The notes below the pieces were generated by a model. That model was not told the DNA's origin. It was given only the letters and a program-made list of their open reading frames with translations, and searched no databases. Below are positions 13,624 through 26,664 of a stretch of 64,000 nt of DNA, piece after piece (within the stretch, counting starts at the first letter, position 1; the number at the start of each line of letters is the position of its first letter). The translations under genes were made by a program, and so were the position numbers. Origin of the DNA: Negaprion brevirostris (Eukaryota); NCBI GenBank assembly GCA_030324005.1, contig JARDVH010000128.1:31991370-32055369 (forward strand), in the 5' to 3' direction.

Positions 13624-14169
13624 TGTACAATCCGGTGCTCTCATCCACACATCGTCTATAATCTAAGAGGCCCAAGTCAGGAGTGTGATGGAATACTCTC
13701 CATTTGCCTAGATGAGTACAGCACTCACAGAATCATAGATCTCCTACAGTACAGAATGAGGCCATTTGGCCCATTGAGTCTGCACTAACCATAATCCCAC
13801 CCAGGCCCTATTCCTGTAACTCCACACATTTACCCTACTCATCCCTTGACACCAGGACCAGAAACATAACGATGAATGCACACTGATAACAAGACAGTCA
13901 ATGTTAAATGTTAGGGTTTTCCAAATCCCAGAAGGGAAACTTTGAATGCCTACTCTCAACTCTATTTTGCAATTATTTAATAATGGGAGGAAAGATGTGA
14001 AGGATGTCCCAGGCGATTTTTGTGATGATTTTAAACAAACTGTAAAATACAAGAAAATCAATTCAGAATATACATAACTACATAAATGGCTATAGACAGT
14101 ATCTTTTAAAGTTGTCTAGTTCCAAATCCTTCCATAAACACTCGATAAAAGCAAATTACTATGAATGCT

Positions 14170-14389
14170 GGAATCTGAAACCAAAGGAGAAAATGCTGGA
14201 AAATCTCAGCAGGTCTGGCAGCATTTGCAAGGAGAGAAAAGAGCTGATGTTTGGAGTCCAGATGACCCTTTGTCAAAGCTTTTATGACAAAGGGTCACCT
14301 GGGCTCAAAACATCAGCACTTTTATCCCCTTCAAGATGCTGCCAGACCTGCTGAGATTTTCCAGCATTTTCTCTTTTGGTTCCAAATCC
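14170..14389. repeat. About 220-bp palindrome of two head-to-head short retroelement units
   Basis: 14170-14275 is the near reverse complement of 14285-14389, with loop aagctttta. Confidence 0.9.
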
Positions 14390-14789
14390 CTCCATTTCCC
14401 TAACCTCAGCATTAAACCTCCCCAAATAACATCCCATAGTTTTTAAAACTATAAGCAAAATCCAACAATAGTACCATACCAGGCATCTATATCTTTTGGG
14501 GATGCTTGCAATTTAGGATAAAGAGATAAAGGCTTTTCAAACAGGCTGTCAGGCACAACTTGTTGGGAGTGGACGCAGCTTACTGCTTTGGGGTGCGGTC
14601 TCAAACTAGCTGACTTGCATAGGGTGAACTTATGAATTGTTGACAATGTGCGTATGTGTATGAGCATGGCCGGAATTCTTCGGCCATTCACCTAGCTACT
14701 GCTGTCAACAAGAATGGAGAATTTGGTGCTCAGCCAAATCTCGGTTCACTTCAGGTGAGGTCAGAGAACCCAGACCTATGTATCTATCT

Positions 14790-14922
14790 ATGTGTGGTAT
14801 TCATGTGTGTGCTTTATGCATGGGTGGCTATGCATTCATGTGTGTGGGCATGTGCATATATGTATGTAGTGTACACATATGCGCACGCATGCACATGTGT
14901 ACATGTAGATGTACATGCATAC
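14790..14922. repeat. Alternating purine/pyrimidine low-complexity tract (TG/CA/TA)
   Basis: atgtgtgt...tatgcgcacgcatgcacatgtgtacatgtagatgtacatgcatac. Confidence 0.8.
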
Positions 14923-15990
14923 AAAGCAAATGTGGCCCATCCTTCACAGGTGAGTTAGGACAGTGTGTATCTACAGGCCATTCTAAACAAATGGCATCAC
15001 AACCAGGCTCAATCCTATATTGACTCGTCGCCAGAACAAGGTGTGTCTTACTGAGTCACTAGGTAGAGAAAAGGAAAGGAAAACTCAGTCTGATTTTCCT
15101 CCAGTCAAGAAACTGAATCTCAGGTACTCCTGACCCAAACAATTCAGCACCTCTAGTTCAATCTTCAAGGGTGTGCATTTTTAAAAATGCTTTATCTAAA
15201 TTGGTTTCTTCAAATGGTTAAATGTGTTTATTGCAGAATTTTAACTGGAGACACCAGCTGGAGACTGATGGGTTTGTTGAACTCAGAAGGAAAACACCTG
15301 AGAAATTGAAAATAAAATGGATAGACACTATAGTAGCGAGAGTCTGTACTGTGCACTTTGCACAGCAAGACTAATCCCTGGGGCGTGTGGAAGAAGTCTT
15401 ACGATTGCCTAGCTGTTATATTTGGTGTTACAACCTTTGAGAACTTATTTCTGTAATCAGTTGAGAAATATCATAAAACCTTTCCTATTAACCCTTTGGA
15501 CTGTTGCCATCCTGTTTTGTTACTAGCGATGCTGAGTCCCCATAAATACAAAAATTGCTACATGTGGGTCAAGATCTCTATTAACCACTAATAAAACCAG
15601 AGCAGCAAATCTTCTGTCACAGCCAATTTAATGATGAATCCAATTGAAACCAAAGCAAATGTCTGGTGGGAATCAGATGGGTATGGAAGTCATTTAGCAC
15701 ACTGCCCTTTCATTCACAGGACATGATTCACTTAATATGTCAACATGGCTCAATGGATAGCACTCTTGCTGCGGAATTAGAAGATTATGGAATTAAGTCC
15801 TACTCTGGTCACTCAGACACAAAATCTAGGCTGACAGTTCAGTGCATTGCTGAGAGAGAACTTTACCCTTTATCTAACTCATGTTGAACCAGCTCTGTGA
15901 GAGTGTTTGATGGGACAGTTTAGAGAAAGTTTTACTCTGTATCTTATCCATGCTGTAGCTGCCTGGCAGTGGATTTTGGGGCAGTGTACT

Positions 15991-16322
15991 GGGCGGCACG
16001 GTAGCACAGTGGTTAGTACTGCTGCTTCACAGCTCCAGGGACCTGGGTTCAAATCCTGGCTCGGGTCACTGTCTGTGTGGAGTTTACACATTCTCCGTGT
16101 CTGCGTAGGTTTCCTCCAGGTGTTCCAGTTTCCTCCCACAGTCCAAAGATGCACAGACTAGATTGATTGGCCATTCTAAATTGCTCCTTAGTGTCCCAGG
16201 ATGCATAGGTTAGAGGGGTTAATGGGTAAATGTATAGGGATAGGGCCTGAGTGGGATTGTGGTTGGTGCAGACTAGATGGACCGAATGACCTCTTTCTGC
16301 ACTGTAGGATTCTATGATTCTA
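15991..16322 (+). mobile_element. tRNA-derived V-SINE (HE1-like), full length
   Basis: gggcggcacggtagcacagtggttagtactgctgc head, V core, gattctatgattcta tail; paralogous to 12661-12991. Confidence 0.9.
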
Positions 16323-17251
16323 AATCAAATCAGTTCCATTGGTGATGAAAATGGGCTTGAGCTGTCTAGAGTTCACCAGCACCTGCAGNNNNNNNNNNAG
16401 GGCAGACCTGGCCTGTTCTCCCTTTTCCTCAACTTTGTTTTGAATCTAACCTGTGCACTACCTGCCCTCAAATTACTTGTTGGGACAGTGTAGAGGGAGA
16501 TATATTCTGTGCTGTTCTGGGAATATCTCCTAAAATGCAAAGTATCTTGATAAGTACAAAAATCTAAAAATGATTTCTCACAAATTTTAAATGCTTTTTT
16601 TTTGGCTGCCAATATTTAAAATGTACTAAAAATAAAAGTACTTTAATCTTTAATGAAACAGGATAAAGCTGTGGAATCAGACACTTAACAGCCAACAATA
16701 GTTTCTGTGATTGAATTTGTTAGTGTGTGAATGGGTGATGAGGCTCTGCATTATTATACCTGGTGACTGACTTACTGTTGTATTTACTGGTATATTGAGA
16801 CATAATCGAGATACTTCCTGTACAAAAATATTCTGGGTCATTATGACATTGTTAAATTGCATCAAAGTGATTTTGCAGTGAAGATATATTATGCTACAGT
16901 ATTTATCAAATTGAATCTCACTTCCATCTATCAGTAATAAGGAAGAAATTGTTTAATGGACTTAAATCTGTACAGCCTAGAAATTATGTCAGTGGTAATA
17001 GAGCTAGGAAAGGAACACTCCGGCATTTCAGATACCCAGTATGAAAATGAAACTTGCATTCATATAGCACCTTTCACAACCTTGAGTCCTCTTCAGACAG
17101 GATTTCAGCCAGTTAAATATTTTGAAGTGTAATGTAGGAAATGCAGTAGCCAATTTGCACACACAAACAGCAATGGGCTAAAGACCAGATTATTTGTTTT
17201 AGGTGTTGATTGAAGGATATCAGGAAGCGCTCTCCTGCTTTTCTTCAAATA

Positions 17252-17524
17252 GCGGCACAGTAGCATAGTGGTTAGCATGGTTGCTTCATGTCGCCAAGGA
17301 CCTGGGTTTGATTCCTGGCTTGGGAATTTGTGGAGTTTCCACACTCTCCCTGTGTCTGCATGTGTTTCCTCCAGGTGCTCCAGTTTCCTCCTACAATCTG
17401 AAAGATACGCTGTTTAGGTGCATTGACCCTGAATAGGTGCCAGAGTGTGACGACTAGGGGATTTTCACAGTAACTTCGTTGCAGTGTTAATGTAAGCCTT
17501 ACTTGTGACCAAGAAATTAACTTT
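17252..17524 (+). mobile_element. V-SINE with alternative 3' tail
   Basis: Same head and core; tail ttcacagtaacttc..gcagtgttaatgtaagccttacttgtgac is shared with 32619-32888 and 59305-59518. Confidence 0.8.
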
Positions 17525-19599
17525 AGCACTGACACCTTTTACACCAAAATGAACCATTTAAAATCTTACCTGTAGGACAAATCTCCTACAATGCAACATC
17601 TCCTCAGTATTAAATTAGGTATATCAGCCTGGATTTTACACTCAAAGCTAGATTCCATAACCTTCTGACTCGGGCTAAAATGCTACCCATTGAGACATTC
17701 CAAATACGTGGAAATTGCTGAATGAAGGATAGCCCTGTTCTGCTGTCTCTATTTGCCACATTGTGATGTAATTTTATAACATTTACGGACCGTCACTAGA
17801 AACCTAAGACTCACTTCACTTGTCGTAATTAACAGATTTCCCTCTAAAACCATTGTGTTCTGAACAACAGAATTTCTTCAGATGTGTTGACACCCATATA
17901 GAACTCAGACATGCTCTATTCACATCACTCAATACAATGGTTACCAGTGTGGGATGTCAAAAAGTATCCTTCTGTTGGCAGGATGCAGAAGACAAATGGA
18001 CTCTGAGCCGATGAGTAAATTAGGCAAAACAAGAATGGCCAAAGATGGTCCATGAGGAACAACCAATGAAATAAAGGCAATGACCAAGAGCATTCTGAAC
18101 AAAGCAGCAAGAGCAAATAGAAATTCAGTAAAGCTTTACCTAGATCATAGCTGTGTGCCTTCCACCAACATTGCCATGTCTAGGCTGTGAGCCTTTATCC
18201 CTCCCGCTCTCTCACCAGAGCTATCTTTGCAGCTTAGCCTTCACTGTAACCTCAGAAGGGCACTTCCAAAGACATATGCATGATATTTGAAATTAATTTC
18301 GTCCCTTCTGGTTCTGTTAACTGAATGCTGATTTAATGCATGCTCATTTAGCTGTGGACTGGCATTCACTGGGACCTGCATTAGTGCTGCCCAAACCCAT
18401 TTTGATGCAGACTGTAAACAGCCAACAGAGAGACTAGAAACATGTCCTATCTTCCTGGAATAATTCCTTTGAAATCCTGGAAATCAGTGCCTACAGACCC
18501 ACGAACAAGAGGAGGTTGGCCTAATTTTGTTTTATAGTATTAATGCAACATAATTTCCTATTTCTAGAAGTGTCAAAATGCAATTATATATGCAAAGGAG
18601 CACATTACTTATTGAAACATCAAACAATAGTGTTTACACTGCTTTTGCCATTTTAAACCTCTGGACCCACATTTTCTTTACTTGTTCAATTTTTAATTTT
18701 GTTTCCTTGCACCATCATCCCTTCCGTCATTTCCTGCCCTTCATCCTCTTATAGACAATCTGCTGTTGCTTAAAAACTCTTGTATGTCTTATTCCCAGTT
18801 CTGAAAAAGGATCATTGACCTGAAATGTCAACTGTTTGGAATTTAATTCTCTTCTTAGTAGTGGGTTTGGTGGTGAATGGGCAGCTGGTCACCGCTCTGC
18901 CTTCCTGCTTCTATCCCAGTTAAGTCCATGGACAGCCTTTCTGCTCCGTCGTCCTTAAGTGGGGCTCATCTTGCCGTCACAAGCATCTAGCATTAATCCA
19001 GCAGCTGGCGGGGGTCACCATTTGGGGAAGTCAAGCAAATTTAAGTCCAACTGATTTATTTGATAGTAAACTCAAAGCTTGTGAGTTGATATGCCCTTTG
19101 TTTTATTTTTAAAAAGTACATTTCTTCAAATTTCTTAAAAAATCTTTATTTTAGCAGAATTGGAGAAAAAAGAAACAGCAAATTTCTATTGACTGCTGCA
19201 CCTTGGTTCTTGACTTTCTTGCGCTGTGTCGCCTGTTATTTCTAAAGTCAGTGTCTGGACATTTAATGGATCTTTGGCTTATGGCCAATCTCCTGTGATC
19301 TTTCATCCCAATATGCCCTATTCCTTCCAATTACTTGTTTTGACAAACCTATTAAGTTGAAGATAAACACACTTGGATGTTACCTCACTGCCCCATCTTG
19401 CCAACTCTCACTGGCAGGCATGCAGTGCTGTCAGTCACTTATCGATCTCAGCTTTTATGAAAACCATGAATTACCAGCTAAACAAAACAAAGTTCTTCAA
19501 TTAGCATCCACCAGCACATGCCAGCAGATTTCCCAAGAAAACTTTGAGAGCAATCAGACCATCGTCCTTCCAAAAGCACTGTGAAAACAGGGTTAGCTT

Positions 19600-20176
19600 A
19601 TGTGGAGATGCTGGCATTGGACTATGGTAAACACAGTAAGAAGTCTTACAACACCAGATTAAAGTCCAACAGGTTTATTTGGTAGCAAAGTCACTAGCTT
19701 TCAAAGCGCTGCACCTTCGTCAGGTAAGTGGGAGTTCTGTTCACAAACATATAAAGGGCATACAAAGACACAAACTCAATTTAGAAAATAATGGTTGGAA
19801 TGTGAGTCTTTACAGGTAATCAAATCTTAAAGCTACAGAGTGGAGAGAGTGTTAAGCACAGGTTAGAGATGTGTGTTGTTTCCAGCCAGGACACTTTCTG
19901 ATTTTGCAAACCCAGGCAAATCGTGGGGGTTACGTGGTCTAGCATGAACCCAAAATCCCAGTTGAAGCTGTCCTCATGTGCGAAACTTGGCTATCAGTCT
20001 CTACTCAGCGACTCTGCGTTGTGTGTCGTGAAGGCCTCCTTGGAGAACACTATCCTGAAGATCAGAGGCCAAATGCTTGTGACCGCTGAAGTATTCCCCA
20101 ACTGGAAGAGAACACACTTGCCTGGTGATTGTCGAGCGGTGTTAATTCATCTGTTGTTGTAGCGTCTGCGTGCTCT
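19600..20176 (-). mobile_element. Penelope-like retroelement 3' part (GIY-YIG C-terminus plus hammerhead-bearing terminal repeat)
   Basis: Minus strand encodes decayed QTLQQQMN*HRSTITRQVCSLPVGEYFSGHKHLASDLQDSVLQGGLHDTQRRVAE*RLIAKFRT, followed by CTGACGA...GAAAGCTAGTG and aataaacctgttggacttt. Runs into the N gap at 20177-21038. Confidence 0.8.
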
Positions 20177-22659
20177 NNNNNNNNNNNNNNNNNNNNNNNN
20201 NNNNNNNNNNNNNNNNNNNNNNNNNNNNNNNNNNNNNNNNNNNNNNNNNNNNNNNNNNNNNNNNNNNNNNNNNNNNNNNNNNNNNNNNNNNNNNNNNNNN
20301 NNNNNNNNNNNNNNNNNNNNNNNNNNNNNNNNNNNNNNNNNNNNNNNNNNNNNNNNNNNNNNNNNNNNNNNNNNNNNNNNNNNNNNNNNNNNNNNNNNNN
20401 NNNNNNNNNNNNNNNNNNNNNNNNNNNNNNNNNNNNNNNNNNNNNNNNNNNNNNNNNNNNNNNNNNNNNNNNNNNNNNNNNNNNNNNNNNNNNNNNNNNN
20501 NNNNNNNNNNNNNNNNNNNNNNNNNNNNNNNNNNNNNNNNNNNNNNNNNNNNNNNNNNNNNNNNNNNNNNNNNNNNNNNNNNNNNNNNNNNNNNNNNNNN
20601 NNNNNNNNNNNNNNNNNNNNNNNNNNNNNNNNNNNNNNNNNNNNNNNNNNNNNNNNNNNNNNNNNNNNNNNNNNNNNNNNNNNNNNNNNNNNNNNNNNNN
20701 NNNNNNNNNNNNNNNNNNNNNNNNNNNNNNNNNNNNNNNNNNNNNNNNNNNNNNNNNNNNNNNNNNNNNNNNNNNNNNNNNNNNNNNNNNNNNNNNNNNN
20801 NNNNNNNNNNNNNNNNNNNNNNNNNNNNNNNNNNNNNNNNNNNNNNNNNNNNNNNNNNNNNNNNNNNNNNNNNNNNNNNNNNNNNNNNNNNNNNNNNNNN
20901 NNNNNNNNNNNNNNNNNNNNNNNNNNNNNNNNNNNNNNNNNNNNNNNNNNNNNNNNNNNNNNNNNNNNNNNNNNNNNNNNNNNNNNNNNNNNNNNNNNNN
21001 NNNNNNNNNNNNNNNNNNNNNNNNNNNNNNNNNNNNNNCTTTAAGTGTCTGGAGGTGTCTGTATATTTAACAGAACTATATTCTGTTAAATACAGTCATG
21101 GTCTGACTGATATGTGACTCCTGTCCAACAGTAATATGGTGTGCAATTAGAAACAGACTAACAGGTGTTTAGCAAGTGATGTCCAGAGTCATACCCATCC
21201 CTGGAACTTTTAACACAGCTCAGTGTTGTATGGCTCAGCATGAATAGTACCAATTCACCACATTGACAATGGCTGCTTCGTCATGTGGACCACACAGTAT
21301 TAGTCAACGCTGCTTTAAGCAATTCATTTAATAGCTGAGTCAGGGTGGTTCTGGCAGTCTGGAGCATACTCATGATGTTGATATAGTGTGTTGAACCAGG
21401 TCTCTGCTTTGAACGACAGGTGGGGAAGGTGATCTAAATCCTACAACACAAAGTCAGTTATGGGTTAATTGGAGCCAGAAGCTTGTGTGGACAGGCTTGT
21501 GAATCCCTAGCTGTTTACCCTTTTGAGCAAAGGCAGATAATCAAAATGAGAACCAACAAAAATCAACTAATCTACTTTAAAAAAATAAGTTTGACACTTG
21601 GATAAACTCTGGATGCAAGACTTTTAATACATCAACACTTGGGTCTAACAGGCCCTTCCTATTTGTCATAGTCTGTCACAAAAAGCCATTAGTATTGCAC
21701 ACACAGCAATATTATAACAACTTTAATATAGCAAAATTCCAAGGAATGCAATCAGGTAAAAAGTTAACAGCAAGCCAGAGGAGGAGACATTAATACAGAT
21801 GCCCAAATATTTGGTCTGAGAGGTAGACTTGGAAAAGCATCCTAATAGGACACAAAGGCAGAGAGAGTAAGCATGGAAATTCCAGAGCTTGGGGTCTCAG
21901 CTGCTCAAGATAGAGTCGCTGAAGAAACTATTCTGGCAATGTTCAATGGCACAATATATTGTAGGGGATCTTGCTCTGTATTTAATTTGTGTTGGTGCAG
22001 GTCCACTTGGTGCTGCCGCTGGCATTCCATTCCATTTTCCAGCATTGATCTTTCTTATCCTGACATGTAATGTCACTCAGAAACCAGCATTGTGGAGGCA
22101 CAGAAGGATTGGACGTTTACAACAAAAAAAATGAGGAATAGTTGAGAAGGATAATATTTGTGAAATAACTTGCCTAGCTGTAAACCACTGATTCAAACTT
22201 GCTTTCTTTAAAAGCAGCATTGCTTGTCTCTCATTGGTGTAGATAGATTTGCTGTGAAAATTATTGCATTTTGTCATTTTGTTTCTGCAAAGCATTTGAG
22301 AGAATCACAGACAGACACTGACATCTGCTGGCAGCTAAAGTGGAGGCTAGGATTTGACCTACTCATGTTAGAATTCTGAAGCTTGACAATTGCTGCAGGC
22401 TCGGTAGAGAGAAATAATCTCACCACCAACTGTTCTTTTGTGACCCCAACCCTTGCAGGACACCTGACTGACACCTGCAGGACAGCATTTAAGATCTGTC
22501 CCCAAACAGATTCAAAATCTCTTTTGACTAATGAGAGTCTAGTATCCTTCCATCTATTAGATATAGTTAGCACTATTTGCTACCTTGGGTGTATGGTGAC
22601 AATCTGTTTCTTGACAAGAACTTGATATGCATGAACCAAGCAGCCACCATCTTTGGCTA

Positions 22660-23310
22660 ACTCGTGGCATGGAGCTTGTACACACTGTCAGGACCAAGAT
22701 GCTGGTTTATAAGGCCTGTGTTTTCAGCACCTCCTTGTACAGCTATCAAGAAAGGATGCTCAACAACTTTCATCTGCATCGTTTATGACACATTCTGGGC
22801 ATTTCATGGAAGGAAACAAATCATGGATATGGCAGTTCTCTCCAAAGTAAATCTTCCAAGTGCGCTAGCACATAGCAAGCAGAGGTGACCGTGCTGGCTC
22901 TCCCACGTTTGCAGCATGGAAATCAAATGTATACCTAAATATTTTCTGTATGGCTAGATAGCCTGAGACAGAAGACCAGTCAGGTGCCCAAAGTGCTACT
23001 TAAAAGATGCTTGCAAACATGACATGTAGACCCTAAACACCAGCTTTTGGTCCTAGGTGCCAGTAGCCAATGACAGAGGGAAATGGCGATATTGCCTGTG
23101 GGTCAGTGTGTGCTAACATGGACAACCAATGGCTACAGAGACTTTGCAACAGGCATCAACACTGAAAACACCACCACAATGATACCCGACAATCATTTCA
23201 TATACACCTCTTGTGGCAGCCATCAGCAGGACTGTACTGTATGAAATTACTCCATCCTCAATGCATTTGATTTGCTGCATGTTCATTATCTTACATAGAT
23301 GGAAGGATGG
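22660..23310 (+). mobile_element. RTE-clade (BovB-like) LINE 3' fragment, degenerate
   Basis: Broken translation TVRTKMLVYKACVFST..YQERMLNNFHLHRL*HILGISWK..VLSKVNLPS..WLSHVCSME..IPKYFLYG..LKDACKHDM. Confidence 0.75.
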
Positions 23311-23982
23311 ACAAACGGAACACTGACTTCAAAAACACTCTGATCCCAGCAATGTCTCACCATCATTCAACCTGAAACAGACTTTGCAACACTCAAAACA
23401 AGGACACAAGGATTGTGACCCTGAACCAGAACATTCTGGAATAAGCACACTGATTGAACATAAATGAAGATTGCTGGGAGAGTAAAACCCTGACTGGAAT
23501 TACAAAGTGAATAGTTGGGTATGGTCAAGTGTTGAATTACTATAAAAGCAACGTCAGTTCCCTTTTCCACCCCAGCAATCACTTCCCCTCCAANNNNNNN
23601 NATCACTACAGAAAATGTTTATGTCAAAATCTACCCTGTTTAGAATTAATTCAAGTAGATTAATTGAGCTTCATCCAGGATAAAGGCGGTGGAATTCCAC
23701 TAGTATCTTCCCAAGACTCCAGTTGGAAAACAAGTGAGACATCAGAGAGTCAGCAGAGGTGGGTATTTTATGCTGAAAATTTAGCACTTGAGAAAAATGC
23801 ACAGGTGATGAAAATGGCCCAGAGATTGTCACATTCTTAATACTCAATGTCAGTCAAATTGCAGCAACTGTGCACAGTGCGAGTCCAGTGCCCAGTGTAC
23901 CCAAACACTACTCTCCATTCATTCTGCCCACCAGCGATCATCACTGATTCAGATTTCATTGGCTCACATTGAAGTCCATTTG

Positions 23983-24086
23983 TTATTCAGTTTCCTTTTC
24001 ACTTGTAATTGAATGATGTTTCCACACCCACTCTTCTGCGATGTACGTGGCTTTGACATTCAGTTCCTTATCCAGTAGCACCAGGT
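23983..24086 (-). CDS. AMDHD2: AMDHD2 last coding exon (exon 11)
   Basis: ttacag|AC CTG GTG... gives (D)LVLLDKELNVKATYIAEEWVWKHHSITSEKETE*, with TAA at 23985-23983; matches human DFVVLDDSLHVQATYISGELVW. Confidence 0.93.
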
Positions 24087-26664
24087 CTGTAATGAAAAGC
24101 AAAAGATGAAGATGATCAGGTTAAACTGATGAACCTGTCAGTGTTAGACATTGCTCAGCACTTTCACCACAGAGTCAGCGGGCCACAGGTTCTAATCAGA
24201 GTGTATGGTTGATAAATGGGCATGGAGCACCATCGTTCGGCATGGAAGGTATGAAGGTACTTGAGAGTGGATGTAGGGGCATAGGTTGGCATGAGGAGCA
24301 TGGGAACATACTTTTTAAAAGATTTCCTCATTCAGGCTTTGGCTTCTGACACAAATCCTTTCCAATCTGGCCCAGCTCCATGAAAATTGAGGAGCATTAG
24401 GACTCGGCAATTTCTGCTAAGGAGCTAGGCAGCTCGGGAGGTCAGGCTTATGACCAACCCACACTGGTGAAAATTGGGGGTGTCAGGAATCCCAGGGTGT
24501 CAGGGGCTGTCATTTTTACACCTCACACAGTCTCCCAAACCATGAAAATCCAGCTCATCGGGTCAGCCAAAGAGCTCTAAAGTAGCACTGCTCTCAGACA
24601 CACAATTGCCGGCCTTGGCAGGATATTACTGCACGCAAAAAGGAGACAGACTTTATCCTGCATATTCCCCTACTGTTAAGTTGCTCCAAAAATTTTTAAC
24701 TTTTATATTAAACTATTTTATAGTTTATACAAAGAATATTGTTTGCTTCATAATCGGATTGGAATGTATTTTCAGACTTATTTAAATGGAGTAATTACAA
24801 ATTAATTTGACATTTGGTACCTAATTATGTGTTGCTGAATTTGACACTTTCATATTTTGGTTACTGAAAACTGGGATTAAGTTAATTTTGCAATGCAAGC
24901 ATAAAGTACTGGAGTAAACGAATTGTACCCTCTGTTACTGTTCCAAATAAATCTGTCTTTGAAGAGTTCGACTATTTTCTAAAATTCCACATGAAGGTTA
25001 ATGCTGAAAGATAGTGCCCGAATGGAATAAGGCAATGTTTATAGCGTAACCCTTCACCTCCTCTCCAGACTATCAATGGCAACTCAATGTAGTGCAGTGA
25101 TGGGCATGCCTAGGCTAGTGCGTGAGCTGCATGAGTGGCCCTCCTTCATCTCAGTGGGCTGCAAGGTTGAAATTGGATTTGTTCACTAACTATGACCTTT
25201 CAATAAGATTTAATACATGCTGAATATTTCACAAGTTAGAAACTTTTTAATCATTCAAATATTAATAGAACTATCAACTTCAAGTGGCAAGAGCAAAATA
25301 AGTATTTACTATTTGGATGCAGAGGGAGCGCACAGCTCTCAATCAATGTTGTGAGCAATCAGCATGTCGCTCACTTTACTTGCCCCTGCTTTATGTGCAT
25401 ATCACTTCAGTCATACCAGTACAAGAAAATGCCAAATGGATAGAAACCAGGGAAATGTGACAACTCTGCGCATGGGCAGCTGTCAATAAAATGTCTTGTG
25501 GGCCGCACTCAGAATCCAAATGCATTTGAAACAAATTCATTTGAAATTAATTTTAATCCCCACCTTTTGAAGTAATTCAGCTAGCTCAGAGATCAGTGTA
25601 ACACTAGCTATGACAGAAGCACAGGTTTAAAGTACTTCCCTACCTCACTAAGGACATTTTTAAAAGCTGTTACATTTTCTGTCCTGAACCCATCACGAAA
25701 AAAGTGACAGCCTCTCGAGGATCCTGCTTCACTTGGATGAGGATGACAGTCAGCACCCAACAGAAAACTCTAAATTTTGATCCATGCATTACAAATAAAT
25801 GTTCCTTGACACAACAGTGTATCATTGGTATAATCTTCATATCTATCCATTTTCAGAAGTCCTTTGACAAGCATGAAATAGCAGCAACAGTCCTCTAGCC
25901 CCCATTCCCTTACATTAAATAGATTCAGAGTTAAGGAGCTGAGAATCAGGGCTACATTGACAATTACAAGATTGAGTTTTTTTGTTTTGTGGGCTACGGA
26001 TTAAAGTATTTCTGGGGCTGGAGGGAAGAGAGACCTTGAGACAAGTGGGCCTTAAACAAATAGGACAAATTCCTCGAATAACTGACACCACCCCCTCGTA
26101 AGCTTTAAAGCAGACCTGGGAAATGTGTTGGGGCCTCAGGAGACCTGCAAGGTTATGTCAAAGCAGGTAGTGAGTCTTCCCCAGCAGCTGGCCTGTTACT
26201 TGGAAGTGCAGCCTGGTTTCACATTTATCAGATCACTCAAGACCCTCAGAACATATGGCCCCTTCAACCATGTGGCTCCTCCCTCTCAAATCGACAAGTT
26301 CCTTTACCTCTACATCTGTGAGAAGATGCCCAGAGGGGCAAACAAGCTGGAAGAGCTGTGGGGCAGGGGCTGCAAGCAAGTGACATCTAAAGGCAGAATA
26401 AAAACTCCTTCAATGTGGATCATCATGAGAAACAGGTTTCATTCCCAGTTGAGCCAAACAATGAGAAATGCTGTTCAACAAAAAAAATTACTAGGTGTGT
26501 CAATCAGAAGCTATTTTTGCACAGTGTGTTTTACAACTTAATTAATCTTAATTGAGCTGCTTGTATGAGTGTGACTGTGGCTGCATATGTTTTCTTCAGA
26601 AATTATTCTGTTGGTTCTGTGTTAGTTGCTGCTTAATTAATCTGCAAGGACCTTGACGTCATTT

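Noticed and set aside
15991-16070. tRNA gene
   Set aside because: The tRNA-like A/B boxes are the head of a multi-copy SINE, followed by SINE core and LINE-like tail
20129-21117. 313-aa and 315-aa ORFs in the ORF track
   Set aside because: Artefacts of the N gap at 20177-21038
26175-26225. Minus-strand ...[11 protein letters not shown] as candidate AMDHD2 exon 10
   Set aside because: Only QLLG matches; flanks lack EAASLHPA and KGTL..G.DAD, and no fitting splice sites were seen
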